DNA of 64,000 bases from Amoebophrya sp. A120 (GCA_905178155.1 CAJINV010000001.1:7013794-7077793), one strand, 5' to 3'. Positions 46,601 through 59,036 are shown, counted from the stretch's first letter. Program-made: numbers and translations. The notes: generated by a model not told the origin, from the sequence alone.

Positions 46601-48202
46601 CACCACACGCCGCGGAGGGATCATCTCCAAGCGGGGCCGTTACTGGATGAGGACGAGGACGTGTTCGGGGACCAGAATCGACGGGAGCTGCACCAGATCA
46701 CGGGAGACGAGGATGCGCGTGGGGCGATGATGGCGCCGATGTCGGGGAGTAGCAGCATGAGCATGAGCAGCGTGCACAAAAGCAGTCCGAAAAACAAAAA
46801 CTCCTCCTCGCAGGGGTCCGGCGGGGACCAGCCCCAGGTGGGGTCGTTTCTGCCGCCAAAGCAACCGACGAGTGGCATGAGCAGGCTGCCGCTTGCGCCT
46901 GGGGCGGTGACGAGTGCTGCTCCTTTTTTATCCCACGCAGCAGCATCTTCATCACGATTGGGGATCGGTATTGATGAAGCTTCTCCATTTAGGTGTTAAT
47001 CCATCTTTATTGTTGTGAGCTGCCTTTCAGTTTCAACTACACATACATTTTTTGTTCAACGGCGTTTTTATTGAAACTACAGGCATAGCTGCTATATCGC
47101 CGCACCGAGGATCTCTGGAAGGCAGCGAGCTGTACAGCGCTCGCAGTCCGAGAGGTAAGGTTCCTGGGAAATTTATATCGCCGTTCGGGAACCGTGACGG
47201 TCGACTCTCAGCTGGAGCGATGGGCCAAAACTTCAAGTACATTTATTCTTCTTACTAGGAAATAAATCGGAAATCGAAGTATCAGATTTGCTTCCCACCT
47301 CCAGCAGAATGAAGATGCGAAAGGGCGAGCATCAAGAAGGAATAATTGTGAGCAGAGACAGTGTTTGTCGGATCTCACTTGTTTTTAGAAAATTTTCCAG
47401 CCCGGCACCGCGGACGCCCGTCGGCTTTTCGAGCAAAAGTCCTTTCGTCAAGGCCGAAGATGTGATGCCGCAAGCGCGCCGAAGCGGTAGTCCCTGCGGG
47501 CGCTACGATTTTCTGTCGGAGGAGAAGTCTCCGGCCCGCAGCGGTCGCGGGCGCGCGCGGGGGAATCCGAGTCCGTTGCAGGCCATGGGAAACCGCCGCT
47601 CTAACAACACGAGCATTTCCCCGATCCGCATGAAGCCGATTTCTCCCAGCGCGAACATCAGCCCGAGGCGTATTGTTCGAATAGTTGGATTTTAATTTTC
47701 TTTTGCTGCGTTAGCATCCATTTCTTTCTTGTTCCAACGAACTTGGACTTATCACGACCTGCTAATCGTTTTATCCTTTCGTGAAAGTCCGTTACTCGAC
47801 GTTTTGAAAACGCAACTAATTATGATCCCATCAGAACCCGCGTCCTCCTCCGGAAACCAGCTCCTGTCCGGTGGCAAGCCGTGGCTTCAGCAGCAGGAGT
47901 CCAAGGCCTCTGCCGGCTTGTCCCCCCTGAGCAACTGGTCCGGGTCGCCGGACCTCAAGCATGACACGTTTGTTGAGGAGTTTCGGCAAGAGGTAATGGA
48001 CCACCCGGGTCACCCGATTGACGACGCCTGGATTTTGCAAGAAAAAACGGTGGATGCCGAGCAGATTCTTTGTCAGTGCGCAGACATCGAACACTTCTAC
48101 TTCTTCGACCGCCGCGATATCATCAGCAAACTGATCGACTTTGTCCCGTGCCACCTGGAAACCATTCCCGAGGAGGACGAAGACGAGGAGATGATGTATT
48201 GA
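40636..48202 (+). CDS. Very large S/P/Q-rich, mostly disordered hypothetical protein (multi-exon)
   Basis: Probable start MAQLLSRREQLRLWQEQK. In-frame GT-AG introns at ~40719-40871 and 43449-43558, and an introner at 46280-46600, link ORFs 41101, 43590 and 46589. Further short exons lead to the acidic C-terminus ending at 48202 (3' junctions not fully resolved). Contains NKEN and many SP/TP sites. Confidence 0.6.
46280..46600. mobile_element. TIR introner family D with ~95-bp imperfect inverted repeats
   Basis: TATTGAGAGGAAAAGTCCCCCCTCCCC...TGCTGATTTGTGACCACAAATCAGGTTTGTCTTGCA pairs with TGCAAGACAAATCGGATTTGTGTACGCAAATCAGCA...GGGGAGGGGGGATTTTTGCTTTTGATA. CACCA direct repeat at 46275-46279 and 46601-46605; removal gives QSHH-TPRRD in frame. 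Confidence 0.9.
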
Positions 48203-49369
48203 GAGCGGTGGATTATTTATTTCCACGTCGAATTATGTTGAGCTTGAGGTTGAGATTTTTTTCAACACAAAGCCTATCGAACTAGCAACTACTTCGCCAA
48301 GAACGAATATATAGGAACGGTGCTCGTCCTCGACCGCGAGCGAGATACAACAGAACTACTCGTCGGAAAGTCATTTAGCATTTTTGCAACAAACTTTCTC
48401 TTTCCGCATTGATTTTGCACGAGTCTAGAAACAAGAGTTGGTGATTTTGCATTTATTAGGTCTCACGATGAACAAAAAAAAAGGTCAACATTACAACAAT
48501 GATACTTTGCTCTGCGATGATGAGAGCCGTAGAAATATTCGATGAATAAAAAGCACGACGAGGAACTTTTGTCAATTTCCAGTGGTTCAGCTACTAGCAG
48601 AACTTTCTTTGTACTTCAATGGCTTTTTGGATACAATAGCTCTAGCTAAGCGCCTTTCGAGTCAGTGTAAATGTTGAAATTGAAAAACTATCGACGATGA
48701 AGTGTATCTGTATGAAACAATAAGAAACGACTGTGACTGAAAGTCAGAATAAGCGAAACTGCGAGCGTCTCGAGAAAGTGCCTGACATGTAGAGGTACTG
48801 CCATTTTGTATTAAATTACTACGTGGAAAGCCTGTTCGTAGTTTTCTCACACGTTATCAATGCAAGGCTAAATAGCTACTCCACTGCGCCTGTGCTTTAT
48901 TATCCCGTGGGGGGTCGTACTCGTACAGAAGATCCTTTTCGATGGCAGCCAAAAAACGCGATCTCGACGTACAGCAAAATTCCTTCCATGTGAAAGTTTC
49001 CTTGTTTTGCTCGTGCTGGGACAAGATGCATTTTCCTAAAGATGATCCTGAATAAGAATATGCAAGAGGCAATCAAAATCACTGTATCAAAGGTGACGTT
49101 GCAAAATGGGTCAAAATGTAGTGTGAATCTATAGATACGCAGCTCAAGAAGTTCACTTTTCTTTCCATCATTTTTTCTTCCGCAGCAGCTAGATCTCTTC
49201 CTAGAAGAACCGCTATTGATTTTTATACTTTCGAGTATATTAGGACAACGATAACTTCTTGTAAGGTTTTTAGGGTTTTTCCTTAGGACTGTTTTGTTGC
49301 AGACAACAAGCCAATCACACGGCAATCGATTTAACCTTCGGTTTAATCACCCCCAAAAACTCCTTCAAA

Positions 49370-50031
49370 ATGGGCATGGCACGATCAAAGAGCGGAAAGA
49401 AGGGCAGCAAGGGTAAGAAGATTTTGTGGTTGATAGATTTTTATGTTTCTCCATGACAGCACCGAACTGCCATCCAGCAGCCTGTGCGCATTGCTGACTG
49501 CATGCCGCGGACGAGTGGCGAGTTCTTTTTTTAAAACCAGCACCAAATATCTTCGATGCAGCTTTCGTAATGAACAATCCAGGCGTCGTCAGGAAAGACC
49601 AGAAGAAGGGTGCTGGCAAGGGCGGAAAGAAGACGACCAAGGGAGCTGGCAAGGGCGGCAAGTCCGCAATGAAGAAAGGTATTTTCGCTTGCTGTTCTGG
49701 TTTCATCTTAATCTACTAACTCGAGACATTTAGTCAACAACTTGCAGCGCGCTGTGCGACGTCTGCGATTCGATTGTATAGCGAAAATAAGTACTACACG
49801 TTCGCAACTTCTACGGTTATGTAGCCACTGTACCACGAATTCAACACGACCTTTTTCAAAACCACCGCTACAGGTAAGGGAAAGGGCAAGAAGGGCAAGG
49901 GTAAGGGCAAGAACGGGAAGCCGGCCACCGGCGAGGACTTGGACAAGCAGTTGGCCGAGTACATGGGCGAAGACGTGCTCAAGGAGCGCATGGACGATGA
50001 ACTCGACAACTACATGAAGCCCGAGGCGTAA
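49370..50031 (+). CDS. Small K/G-rich CHTOP/FoP-like protein (C-terminal FoP duplication, UAP56-binding-like motif)
   Basis: Exons 49370-49412, 49583-49678, 49874-50031 with GT-AG introns; ends EDLDKQLAEYMG..KERMDDELDNYM. Confidence 0.75.
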
Positions 50032-52684
50032 GCGAAGCGGACATAATTAACGACGAAGAAGAAAAAACCGATAACACGACGAAGTACACGATAATCTTCG
50101 ATAGTGAACTAGTCTTTGATCATCGAATGTAGTCCAGCGTCAACCTTCACCGCACATGCCCTTGTTCCTTCGTTTTCACCACTTTCTCCTCTTGTACAAC
50201 ACGACGCGACCACTTGCACCAGCACAGACCGCATGCAGCAGCAATTTTTTGACATTTCACCTGTAAGCAACAAACCAGCAGCTTTTAACAGTTTTATCCA
50301 ACAGTTTGACTCAACATCCAACAGCAGTTTTTAAGCGTAAAGAAGTAATCCAAAAACCAAGATCGGAGAACGATTCTACTGCAACGCAATCACGAGCACT
50401 GCTTGTTTTCGAAGAAGGAACCTTCCCTCGTCCCCCTCGAAGTGGAAGGTCGAAGGATGTTGGACCAGCAGCAACCAGCGATCTTTGCGAACAAGAACCG
50501 CCTTCGACTCACTGTTGTGCTGTCGTTTAGTACAACGAGGAAAGCTGGACATGCCGTCGTAAAATGAACCAGAACATCTTCACTTCTCCATCCTCTGCCT
50601 CCGGAAAAATTTTCGAACAACAACCTGCGGAGTTGTCCAGATTGACTTTAATGCGCCACCGGACAGCACTTCTGTGACCACATGTGGATGTGAACAAAGC
50701 AGCGCCTGCTCCTCTGTAGTTCTGTGTTGAGTTTTGTACTCAAGAACGAGCTACCACTGCTAGAACGACACAGAGATTTACCTCTCGGTTGAAGAAGAGG
50801 AAGTGAAGAAAGAGCACGGTCGTGTCCTGCAGCTTCGCTTCGCGGGGATTACCGAAGGCCCGACTTCTTCGCATTTTCCACAATGCGAAACCAAATTTGT
50901 ACGAGATCGAGAATATAAAACCACCCCCAGATGAAGATGAAAGTGAACCCGCGCAGTTCCACTGGCTGCGTGCAGCTTTCTCGTGCACTCCTTTGCGATG
51001 CGGAGCGCAAATGGGGAATAAGTGCAAACAGCAGTTTGCTGCACTACTACTAGGTTCTTCTTGTTCGACCTACTGCCACCCCGCAATTCGTCAGGACGAC
51101 GCACCTCTCTACTGCGGAAGCAACTTTATTCTCATGCATAGTGGCGCCCAAGGATCGATCTGTCGCCGCGCACTGCAAAAGAGGCCTTGAAAGCCGGCGT
51201 TCGCGAGTGCGTAGTGGAGGCTGCAGCCGTACGCGGGCTCGCAAGGATCATGCGGCGCAGTTGCTACTGGTTTCTCGTCCCTCTCGCGCCGGGTTACGAT
51301 TTCTACGTGCTGCCTCGCTGTTAGGTCTCCGCTGTCATGTGATGAACAGGCCGACGGATTCTACACACGCGATAAGGTGGCTCCAGAAATGGTATGGCGC
51401 CGGATTTATTTCAGGGCGCAGCGCATAGCGCTGAAAATAATTATTTCCGTACTTATGTATAGAATGAGAATCGTAGGAAGAAAAAAAAGCAGTTCAACAA
51501 AAGGCAAGGCATAAGCTGATCGCTACTTTTTCAAAATCGTTTACCTTCAGATAGAGAAGTTACTTTAGTTGGCATGCTTAGAGGGGAGAAAGAGATAAGA
51601 AGTATCTTCTGATTTTTAAAAACAGCGTTTCTTCGTTCTTGTGTGTTTCGTGATGTTAGTATGACCTCCGGTTATTTTGTACTTCGATTTGTTTCAGTTT
51701 CAAATTCATTCAGACAGTAATAGCGCAATCGGTTCTTTTTTCAACAACATGAGTTTCACTTTGAGCGAGCGTAATCACAAAGGAGTGTACTACAGTTTTT
51801 TTGCGTACTAGAAAGGTCACTGTACGAAGGATCTATTATCATCCTAGTTTCACCCGGCACGTATGAGTTCTTAGGCTTTTCGGGCGGCGAAGGAAGTGCG
51901 GACGTGTTTCCTGAATCGGGCAAGAGCAACCTGTCCTTGACGCGTCGAATTTTTCTCGTCGCAATGAAGACAAAAGAAGCGGAGCAGCTGCAGAAAATCA
52001 TATGGAGATTCAAGAGCGGGTCGTCGGCGAAAGCGGGTGACGCAGACCAGTTTGTTGGGACCGAGTGCGGATGGAAGATTTTTGCAGGGGAGCAGCGGCA
52101 CGCCAAACACGAAATTCGGAGTAGAACATTGGACGCGAAGACGAATCGGAGAAGAAGAAAACTAATTTTGATAGGTTGATGAAAAAGAAAATGAAACGCG
52201 AGTTGTCGATAATCAGGAACAAACAAATTTCGAATTACGCTTGTCCCTTATTCTGTTTCGCCACGTACAAGAAAACGTCGCAACAAAAAGTCGAACATAT
52301 GAATTTCCGAAATAATCACGGCTGTACGCACGGCTGGTTTTTTTGTTCCGCGTCCGATGTTAACGACACGAAAGGGGACAAGTTTCTTCTTCTCTGAGCG
52401 AGTGAACAAAAATAAAACGGGAGAGAGAAAAGGACAGAGGTAAGCCCTTTCGAAACTGCACGAGAGGAGATCAAGTGAAAGTGGCAGTCTTTCTACGTGA
52501 TCTAGTATTGACGAAAATTATCTCGACGCTATGCCTAGGCAACTTCCATGATTTTAGTTCGCCACAAACATACTTCTTCACTTGGAAAGTTGAAGGTTTA
52601 TTTGCTTGTCTAGGGCTTCTGACACAACGAAATCAGAATTATTCCGCATTAGTAGAAACTTCGAAGTTAATATCCCCGCACACT

Positions 52685-55267
52685 ATGGAGCCGATATTCC
52701 TGTTGGTGCTTTTCGCCTGCTACCAGGGTGCCAACGTGTTGCTGCGTCGCTACTGTCTAGTGGACCCTGAAGAGAACAAGTTCCGCGTGTCGCATCTCAT
52801 CCTCGTCGCTGAAATTCTCCGTTGTGTCGCATGCGTGATTGCTATTTGGTTTTTCGAAAAACAGCCGCGGATAGAGCTATTCCTTGCCGCGACCGGTGCT
52901 AGGCCGGAAGAAAGCGAGCCGTCGTGTTTTCTACCACGAGGAAGTAAACTTGCGGGCAATTATGGCACTGGGGAGGAAGTAAACTTTTCTCGTGTTATCG
53001 ACATTGTCAGTTCAAGAGCGGAACAGGTTCGCAGACACGTTCGCGACTACTGGCGGAAGTTTTGGTTTCCGTCAAGAGGAGCTGCTGGTGCGAGTGCCGG
53101 TGACGAAAGAGCGGTATCATCATTCGGAAAAGGTGCGACTACAGATGAAGCAGCAAACATGCAGATATCCGTACCCCCCGGAACCACGGAGAACCCGTTT
53201 CTCCGTAATGTCCTGCCCCTCGCGATCCCGGCCACGCTCTACGCAGGACAGAATCAGCTGCAAATTTTCGCGGTCGGCTGCCTGGACGCTTCCACTTATA
53301 CGGTGCTGATGCAAACCCGAATCTTCTTCGCCTGCGCATTCAGCACGTTTTTCCTCTCGCGCATCTGCAACAGTTACCAGTTACTCGGGCTGTCCACGTC
53401 TGCGGCCGCACTCTTTCTCCTCGTTTCGTCCTTCCCCGTTGACGTGGACACAACGGCTTGTCGACTTTTGCCCCAGTCCGCGCTGACGTCCGTCCAGGTT
53501 GCCGAGATCGCGACGGTGTATTGTGGGTTCGTTTCTGGATTGTCCGGAGTTCTCCTCGAGACGTTCTTCAAGACGCCCGGCTGGTCGTTTTTTGTCCGCA
53601 ACCTGCAACTATCCGCGTTTTCCATCCTCGTACTCGCGATCTACCTTGCGACCGCGAACAACAATCAGCAGGGCCTGCTCATTCGCCCTCGCCCTCGGGA
53701 GCGACAGAGGATGCGCCACAACGTGCACGATGATCTCATGTCTCCTGTGTCTCTACTGAACGAGGACAAACGAAGCTTGTTCGAGCAAAACAGCAGTGCG
53801 GGAATTCTCGACCTGCTGAATCTTCTCACCAACAATTTTTTCCACCGCTGGACTGTAAAAACCTGGCTGATGGCGGTGTTAGAGGCGGGGAACACGATTC
53901 TGCATTCCTTCGTGATCAAGCAACTGGACATTGTGCAGTGCGACCTGGCGCAGGTGGTGGCGTTGTTGATGGTGCTGATCGGAAGTATCGTCCTGTTCCA
54001 CCAGCCTTTTCCTGGCGGTATTCTCCTCCTAGTCTGGTGCACGCTCTTGCTCTGCACGGGCCTGTTTCTCTACAACCGGGGCGAGCTTTTTGAGAAGCTT
54101 CTGTCGAAGTACAGGTTGACTCCGGAAGATTTGCTGGTTCTGTCAACGGCGAGCGATACTAGCTCCACGACGCGTTGTTCGCCAGAAACAGAGGAAATCG
54201 TAAGCGCTGGTGTATTCACGGAAGTAGAAACAAACTCGCAAGACCAAACTGAAATTTCAGATGACGACGAACCACCGCTGATCGCAACACCTGCGAAAAA
54301 TGCGGACGACGTTGATCTTTTCGCACTTCCGCCTATTTTGGAACAGCGAATCTATCTGGGCTCGAATTTCGGACAGCCAGAAGAGACTCAGTCCGCTTTG
54401 TCCAACGAAGGCTTTGAAGACGTGATCTTGTCAACGGAAGAAGAGGAAGAGATTGAACAGGAGCTCGTCGTGAAGAAAATGCCTACAACTTCAAATCTTG
54501 CTCGCATTGGTGGAGGCGGACACGCAAGAACTTCCGCGAAATCACAATATTCAACAGCTCGAACCGCCAGCACGGCTGTCGGATCGGTTTCGTCTTCTAG
54601 CAGCGCGTCCTCAAAATCCGACGATATCTTCAGCGCTCCAGAATCGGTGGAGACTGCGGCCAGCTCGTTCTCGGATAGTATCCCACAGCTGCAAGAAGTT
54701 CATCAACTCCCCCGAAAGATGACAAGCAAAGGCGATCTGATCGTTCTGCCTGCGAAGAAGAGCAAGGAGACTTCGTTGCGGGCAAAATTTTCTCTTCTCC
54801 AGCACGCACCTCCTGCTCTTACCGGCGTCGACAGAGAGTTTCTCCTTTTCTACCGTACCACATACAGTTTCGGCTTGATGGCCTCGGCGCTGGTGTTCAT
54901 GTACCTTTTGTACGTTCTGGTTTTCTCCCTGGAGGCGAAAACGCCCCTCCGCGGGAAGCATAAGGTGCTCAAACCTCTCATCGTCGAAGGACAGCAGCAG
55001 GACAACGCCCTGAAGTCTATTGTGGACGACACCGAAAAGGTCTCGGACTCCACCGCAGCGGCCGCCACGGCCAAAGTGAACAGTGCGGCAAGAAATGGGA
55101 CCACCAAAGAATGGGACGTGCACTTCAATTTTGATCCCAGAAATGTGAAAAGCGATTTTGTTGACACTTCCAAGAAGTCCTCCTTCACGAAGGATTGGCG
55201 GGGAACGATGAAAAAGCAAACTCCTCCTGGCGCTTTATCATTACGGAAAAGATTGAAACCGCGCTAG
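52685..55267 (+). CDS. Nucleotide-sugar transporter (SLC35A-like) with long C-terminal extension
   Basis: AIPATLYAGQNQL, LDASTYTVLMQTRI, SGLSGVLLE.FFK, SFFVRNLQLS motifs. Confidence 0.82.
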   Translation: MEPIFLLVLFACYQGANVLLRRYCLVDPEENKFRVSHLILVAEILRCVACVIAIWFFEKQPRIELFLAATGARPEESEPSCFLPRGSKLAGNYGTGEEVNFSRVIDIVSSRAEQVRRHVRDYWRKFWFPSRGAAGASAGDERAVSSFGKGATTDEAANMQISVPPGTTENPFLRNVLPLAIPATLYAGQNQLQIFAVGCLDASTYTVLMQTRIFFACAFSTFFLSRICNSYQLLGLSTSAAALFLLVSSFPVDVDTTACRLLPQSALTSVQVAEIATVYCGFVSGLSGVLLETFFKTPGWSFFVRNLQLSAFSILVLAIYLATANNNQQGLLIRPRPRERQRMRHNVHDDLMSPVSLLNEDKRSLFEQNSSAGILDLLNLLTNNFFHRWTVKTWLMAVLEAGNTILHSFVIKQLDIVQCDLAQVVALLMVLIGSIVLFHQPFPGGILLLVWCTLLLCTGLFLYNRGELFEKLLSKYRLTPEDLLVLSTASDTSSTTRCSPETEEIVSAGVFTEVETNSQDQTEISDDDEPPLIATPAKNADDVDLFALPPILEQRIYLGSNFGQPEETQSALSNEGFEDVILSTEEEEEIEQELVVKKMPTTSNLARIGGGGHARTSAKSQYSTARTASTAVGSVSSSSSASSKSDDIFSAPESVETAASSFSDSIPQLQEVHQLPRKMTSKGDLIVLPAKKSKETSLRAKFSLLQHAPPALTGVDREFLLFYRTTYSFGLMASALVFMYLLYVLVFSLEAKTPLRGKHKVLKPLIVEGQQQDNALKSIVDDTEKVSDSTAAAATAKVNSAARNGTTKEWDVHFNFDPRNVKSDFVDTSKKSSFTKDWRGTMKKQTPPGALSLRKRLKPR

Positions 55268-55785
55268 TCAAAGAAAGTAGTAGATATCTCACTTGTAGAA
55301 TTTTGCGATACCGAACTGGATTACAATATGTCACACAGCAGATGATCACCCGCGTCACTGCACAGACCTGTTTCAGTTTCTAATGTCATCAAGGGACAAA
55401 GTGTCGTCTCTAGAATGCTCTTTCGCCCAAAAAGATGTAAACATAAATGCACACCATGGTTTTTTTTTCAGCACGGCGCGCGGCGGTGGACGACGCGGCC
55501 TGGTGCTATCCGACTGGTGGCCATTAGCTGGGTGTTCTGGGAAAAGAACTGAAGTAGATCCAGTTGATCAGTCAGTTTTGACACTGCTGTGGTGCGCAGG
55601 AGATCTGCTTCCATTTTTTTTTTGTCTCGATTTTGTCTTTCGGAAGGTCGGAAACGAAAGTTAGTTCATAGATCAGTTTTCCCCAGGTGCTTTGCAAACT
55701 GCTAATCGTGGTTTTCGGCTCGGATCTGATATAGAGCCTGCACCGTCAGCACGAGTTCAGATTGCTATTTCAACCAAGAAACGCA

Positions 55786-56544
55786 ATGGCCCGCGACGTG
55801 GTGGATGGCGAAGCTGCTTCTTTAAATGTGAAGAATGATGAAGATCATGCCGCGCAACAACCCGGAGCTAGCTGCAGAGTTAGGTTTTCTTTCGAAACCT
55901 TCGGACGTCCTACTGGCGAGTTTACGATTGAGTGTTTCCGGGATTGGGCGCCGCACAGCTACGACCGATTTTTGCAGTTGGCGAAAGAAGATTTTTTCCA
56001 AGGCCAACACTTTGTGCGAGCCATCGAAAACTTTGTGTTGGATTTCGGCTACGGCCCGGCCTGCGGCACGCGCTGCAAAGAGGATGAAACTGCGGCGCTG
56101 TATGAGCAACTACCTTGGTTCTTCCCGAATGAGTGCGAGAAGAAGGCGGGCGCGCAACAGCAGCCGAACCGGTTAGGAACGATTTGCTTTGGGCAGGAAG
56201 AAAACGGGTCCACGAAGACGGAAGTTTTTATCAATCTCGCACACAACCAGGACAAGCTTGATTGTCGGGGGTTTTGGCCGTTTGGGCGAGTTGTGTCGTA
56301 TCGACGGACTGGCGCCGATTCTCAGGCTGTGTCGGAGTTGACGAAAAGGCATGAAATCGTGAAGGCGTGGCAAAGCGGTGACATTATGTTTGACCACGGC
56401 GACATTTTTTTCGCTGGCGGGGCATCGACAGAGAAAGCGATGGTGAGGCAGCAGGTTTTGATTGCAGGAGGTGCGGACTACATAAAGAAGCAGCATCCCT
56501 CGCTGTCGTTGATTTCTGACGTGGCAGTGACAGAAGTTTCATGA
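55786..56544 (+). CDS. Cyclophilin-type peptidyl-prolyl isomerase (divergent)
   Basis: WAP...RFLQL, FF....FVRAIENFVLDFG, NRLGTICF, VFINL..N..LD..GF.PFGRVV. Confidence 0.85.
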   Translation: MARDVVDGEAASLNVKNDEDHAAQQPGASCRVRFSFETFGRPTGEFTIECFRDWAPHSYDRFLQLAKEDFFQGQHFVRAIENFVLDFGYGPACGTRCKEDETAALYEQLPWFFPNECEKKAGAQQQPNRLGTICFGQEENGSTKTEVFINLAHNQDKLDCRGFWPFGRVVSYRRTGADSQAVSELTKRHEIVKAWQSGDIMFDHGDIFFAGGASTEKAMVRQQVLIAGGADYIKKQHPSLSLISDVAVTEVS

Positions 56545-56699
56545 GCAACCTTCGAATACGTACCATATGGCGGGTGTCTGCTGTGTGTTCAATTAGCCTT
56601 TTGCTTTGGCTGTGTGTGTGCGTACCGGGAGCAGTGTTGTTCTTTTCCGTTTTTCTTTTTCCGAATGCACATCGACAGCAATTACGCGGGGCGCTGCAC

Positions 56700-58780
56700 G
56701 CTGTGGACGCGGAACGCTGCGCGTTGTGACTCGGCTCCGCGTCCTGTTTTGTGTGGGCGCGGGCCCGGGACATCTGTAGCCGCCAGCGCGCTGAGATCAA
56801 GGCGCAGCGCCTGCCGATTGCCCGCCTGGCCTCTGAGAAGCTAGACGCCGAAGAGGCAGCGGGGAAGGCGCCGGAGAAAGCGGCGGAGGCGGAGGCGGCG
56901 CCCAACCGTGCGCGCCGGGGGCAAGAGAAAGCCGGAGCCCGCCCGGCTGCGCGAAGCCGCTTCCCCGGGCTGCTTCCCCTCGATTTGTGCCGGGCCCTCA
57001 GCAGGCTGCAGGACGACGCCCAGACGCATGACGCCCACCACGGGCCCCGCGGTTTTCTTTGGCCGCAAGCTGGCGGGCATAAGGTTCTGCGGAGAAAGTT
57101 TCTGCGCCCGCCATGGAGCGCGCCCCCGTTCTTGCAGAGGCAGCGTCGCGTCGGGGCGGCGGGCCCCCTCGAGCATTACGGGCGGCCGGAAAAATGGCCG
57201 GCAGGGGTCGGGGCGGGTATACGGTCCACGGCAGGGCTTCCTGCGGCCGGTGCGCGCGCAAATCTTACGGGAAGCCGGCACCTTGCCCGACTTGCCGAAT
57301 GCACTACCAGCGATTTTCGGCGGCCCTTCGAAGTTCCCGGGCCTCTGGCGCTCGCAGTGGGGGACTCGGGCGATCCGCCAGCGTTGCGGCGCCTGGCAGA
57401 TGCGCAGCCGGGGCCGGGCCAAGTCGTTCATGCGGAAGACAGTGGCGCGCAGCCGGGGCCACGGAAGTGAAGGCGCACAGCCGGGGCGCGCCCTGCCGCT
57501 ACCCCTTGCCGGGTACTGTCAGGGCCCCGGCGAATTCCGCAGGGCCCCGGCAAAGACTGGCCAGAGGCCGCCCGGCATTTGAAGACCGAAGGCGACCTGG
57601 AACCCGACCCACTACTATTATTCTGGAGCCGGAGCGGTTGCGGGCCAGGTGCTTGAAGCGCCTCGGCGTTTCATCTATCAGCGCCGTGCGAATTTAGAAG
57701 GCGGGGCTTCTTTGTCGATGGGCTTCCCGATTCGCGGCATTCAGGTACGGCGCGGCTTTCGATCTTATTTGTATTTAAGACAGAGCGCCAGCATAGACGC
57801 GCGGACCTTTCTCAGCGAGCTCGCCCGGTGCTGCGCGGACGCCGGGAAGCATCGGCCCGCGCCATACGCCGCGCAGCCCGGGGGCGGTGACCGCGGGCGG
57901 GGCCCCACCGACGCCACGGGTGTTCGGAGTAAGATCCTGCCTCCACTTGTTCTGCCTAAGCGGGCCCACCCCTTTGGCGCCGCGAGGAGAAAGGCGAACC
58001 AGGCCGAATCAGCAAAGCGGGCGGCGAGAATGGCTCGCGGCGGTTGCGGGCGAAGACGCTGGGGGTATGGCGCGCGCCCAGGCTTTTCCCCGCCGCCGCC
58101 CGCGCGGCCGAATGCATGGCCGCAGCCAGGCGCGCGCCCTTCGCCGGCTTGTGTGGAGCGGCCGCGGGGGGACGAAACCGGGGGGCGACTCCGGGCCCCC
58201 CGCTTTGCGCCGGGAAACATATGAAGCCACAGGACTTCGCTAGCATCGGCGCGGGTCGCTTTTCACTTCTGTGCAGGATTTAGCACTTTGCAGGCGCTAC
58301 GCCATGTTTTTGAGGCCTTATTGCACTCGTCTAGATGAGTCGGGCCAGGAGCGGCCGGCGGGTACCGATGTGGCGGCGCGGCTGATATCGGCCCCGCTGG
58401 TGGGGAGAAGGAGCATGATGGGCACTACGAAGAGGCGGCAAGCAGCTGCGTCCGCGACGGCTTCGCCTCAGCCAGGCGCTCGCGCGCCCATTCCCGGCCG
58501 CGGGCGCCATCTGCGCGCCCCCGCCCGCGCGCTGGCCCGCGCCCGCCAAGCTCCGCCGCGCCCCCTGCCTTGCCGGCCTGCCGTTTTCGCGCCCTGTTGC
58601 CTTCGTGCTTGCCTGCCGTTCCCAGCGCGGCCCCCCTGACGCGCCGGCTCATGCCGGCGTATCCTTGTCGTGGCAGGCGCCCCCGCAGCGGGCGGCCAGT
58701 TCGGTGACTTGGCCAGCGGGGCCGCTGCCCGCGCGCCCAGATGGCAGCCACTGGCGCAGTTCTTGACAGACCTGATTTTG
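56700..58780 (+). pseudogene. Highly degenerate, GC-enriched Ty3/Gypsy pol relic (RT + RNase H)
   Basis: Collinear motif ghosts in one frame: RKNG...RVYGPR, LPDL..AL, GAWQM, RKTV, LPLAGYCQGPGEFRRA. In a second frame: QVRRGFRSYLYLRQ, PTDATG, HPFGAARRKANQAE. No intact YxDD. Confidence 0.6.
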
Positions 58781-59036
58781 GCAGAGTGCCTCTGTTGCCT
58801 TGCAGGCTGCACTGTGTTAAGACGGTCGCCGTGTTCGAATTCGCGCAGGGGAGGGTGTGCGGCTTCGTTCTCACGTCTCATATGATGTATGAATCGCTCC
58901 GCGTGTCCCGGTTTCGCAGTTGAGTCGCTGCACTTCAAGCCGTTGCGTGCTACTTATTTTTTTTGTGAAGAAAAAGTAGGCGACGTGAAATATTTGGAAG
59001 GGTGTGATCCGCAGGGAAAACTCTGAGTCTGCCAGA

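Noticed and set aside
50100-52400. Several 60-150 aa ORFs on both strands
   Set aside because: No motifs, no consistent codon bias and no resolvable exon chain.
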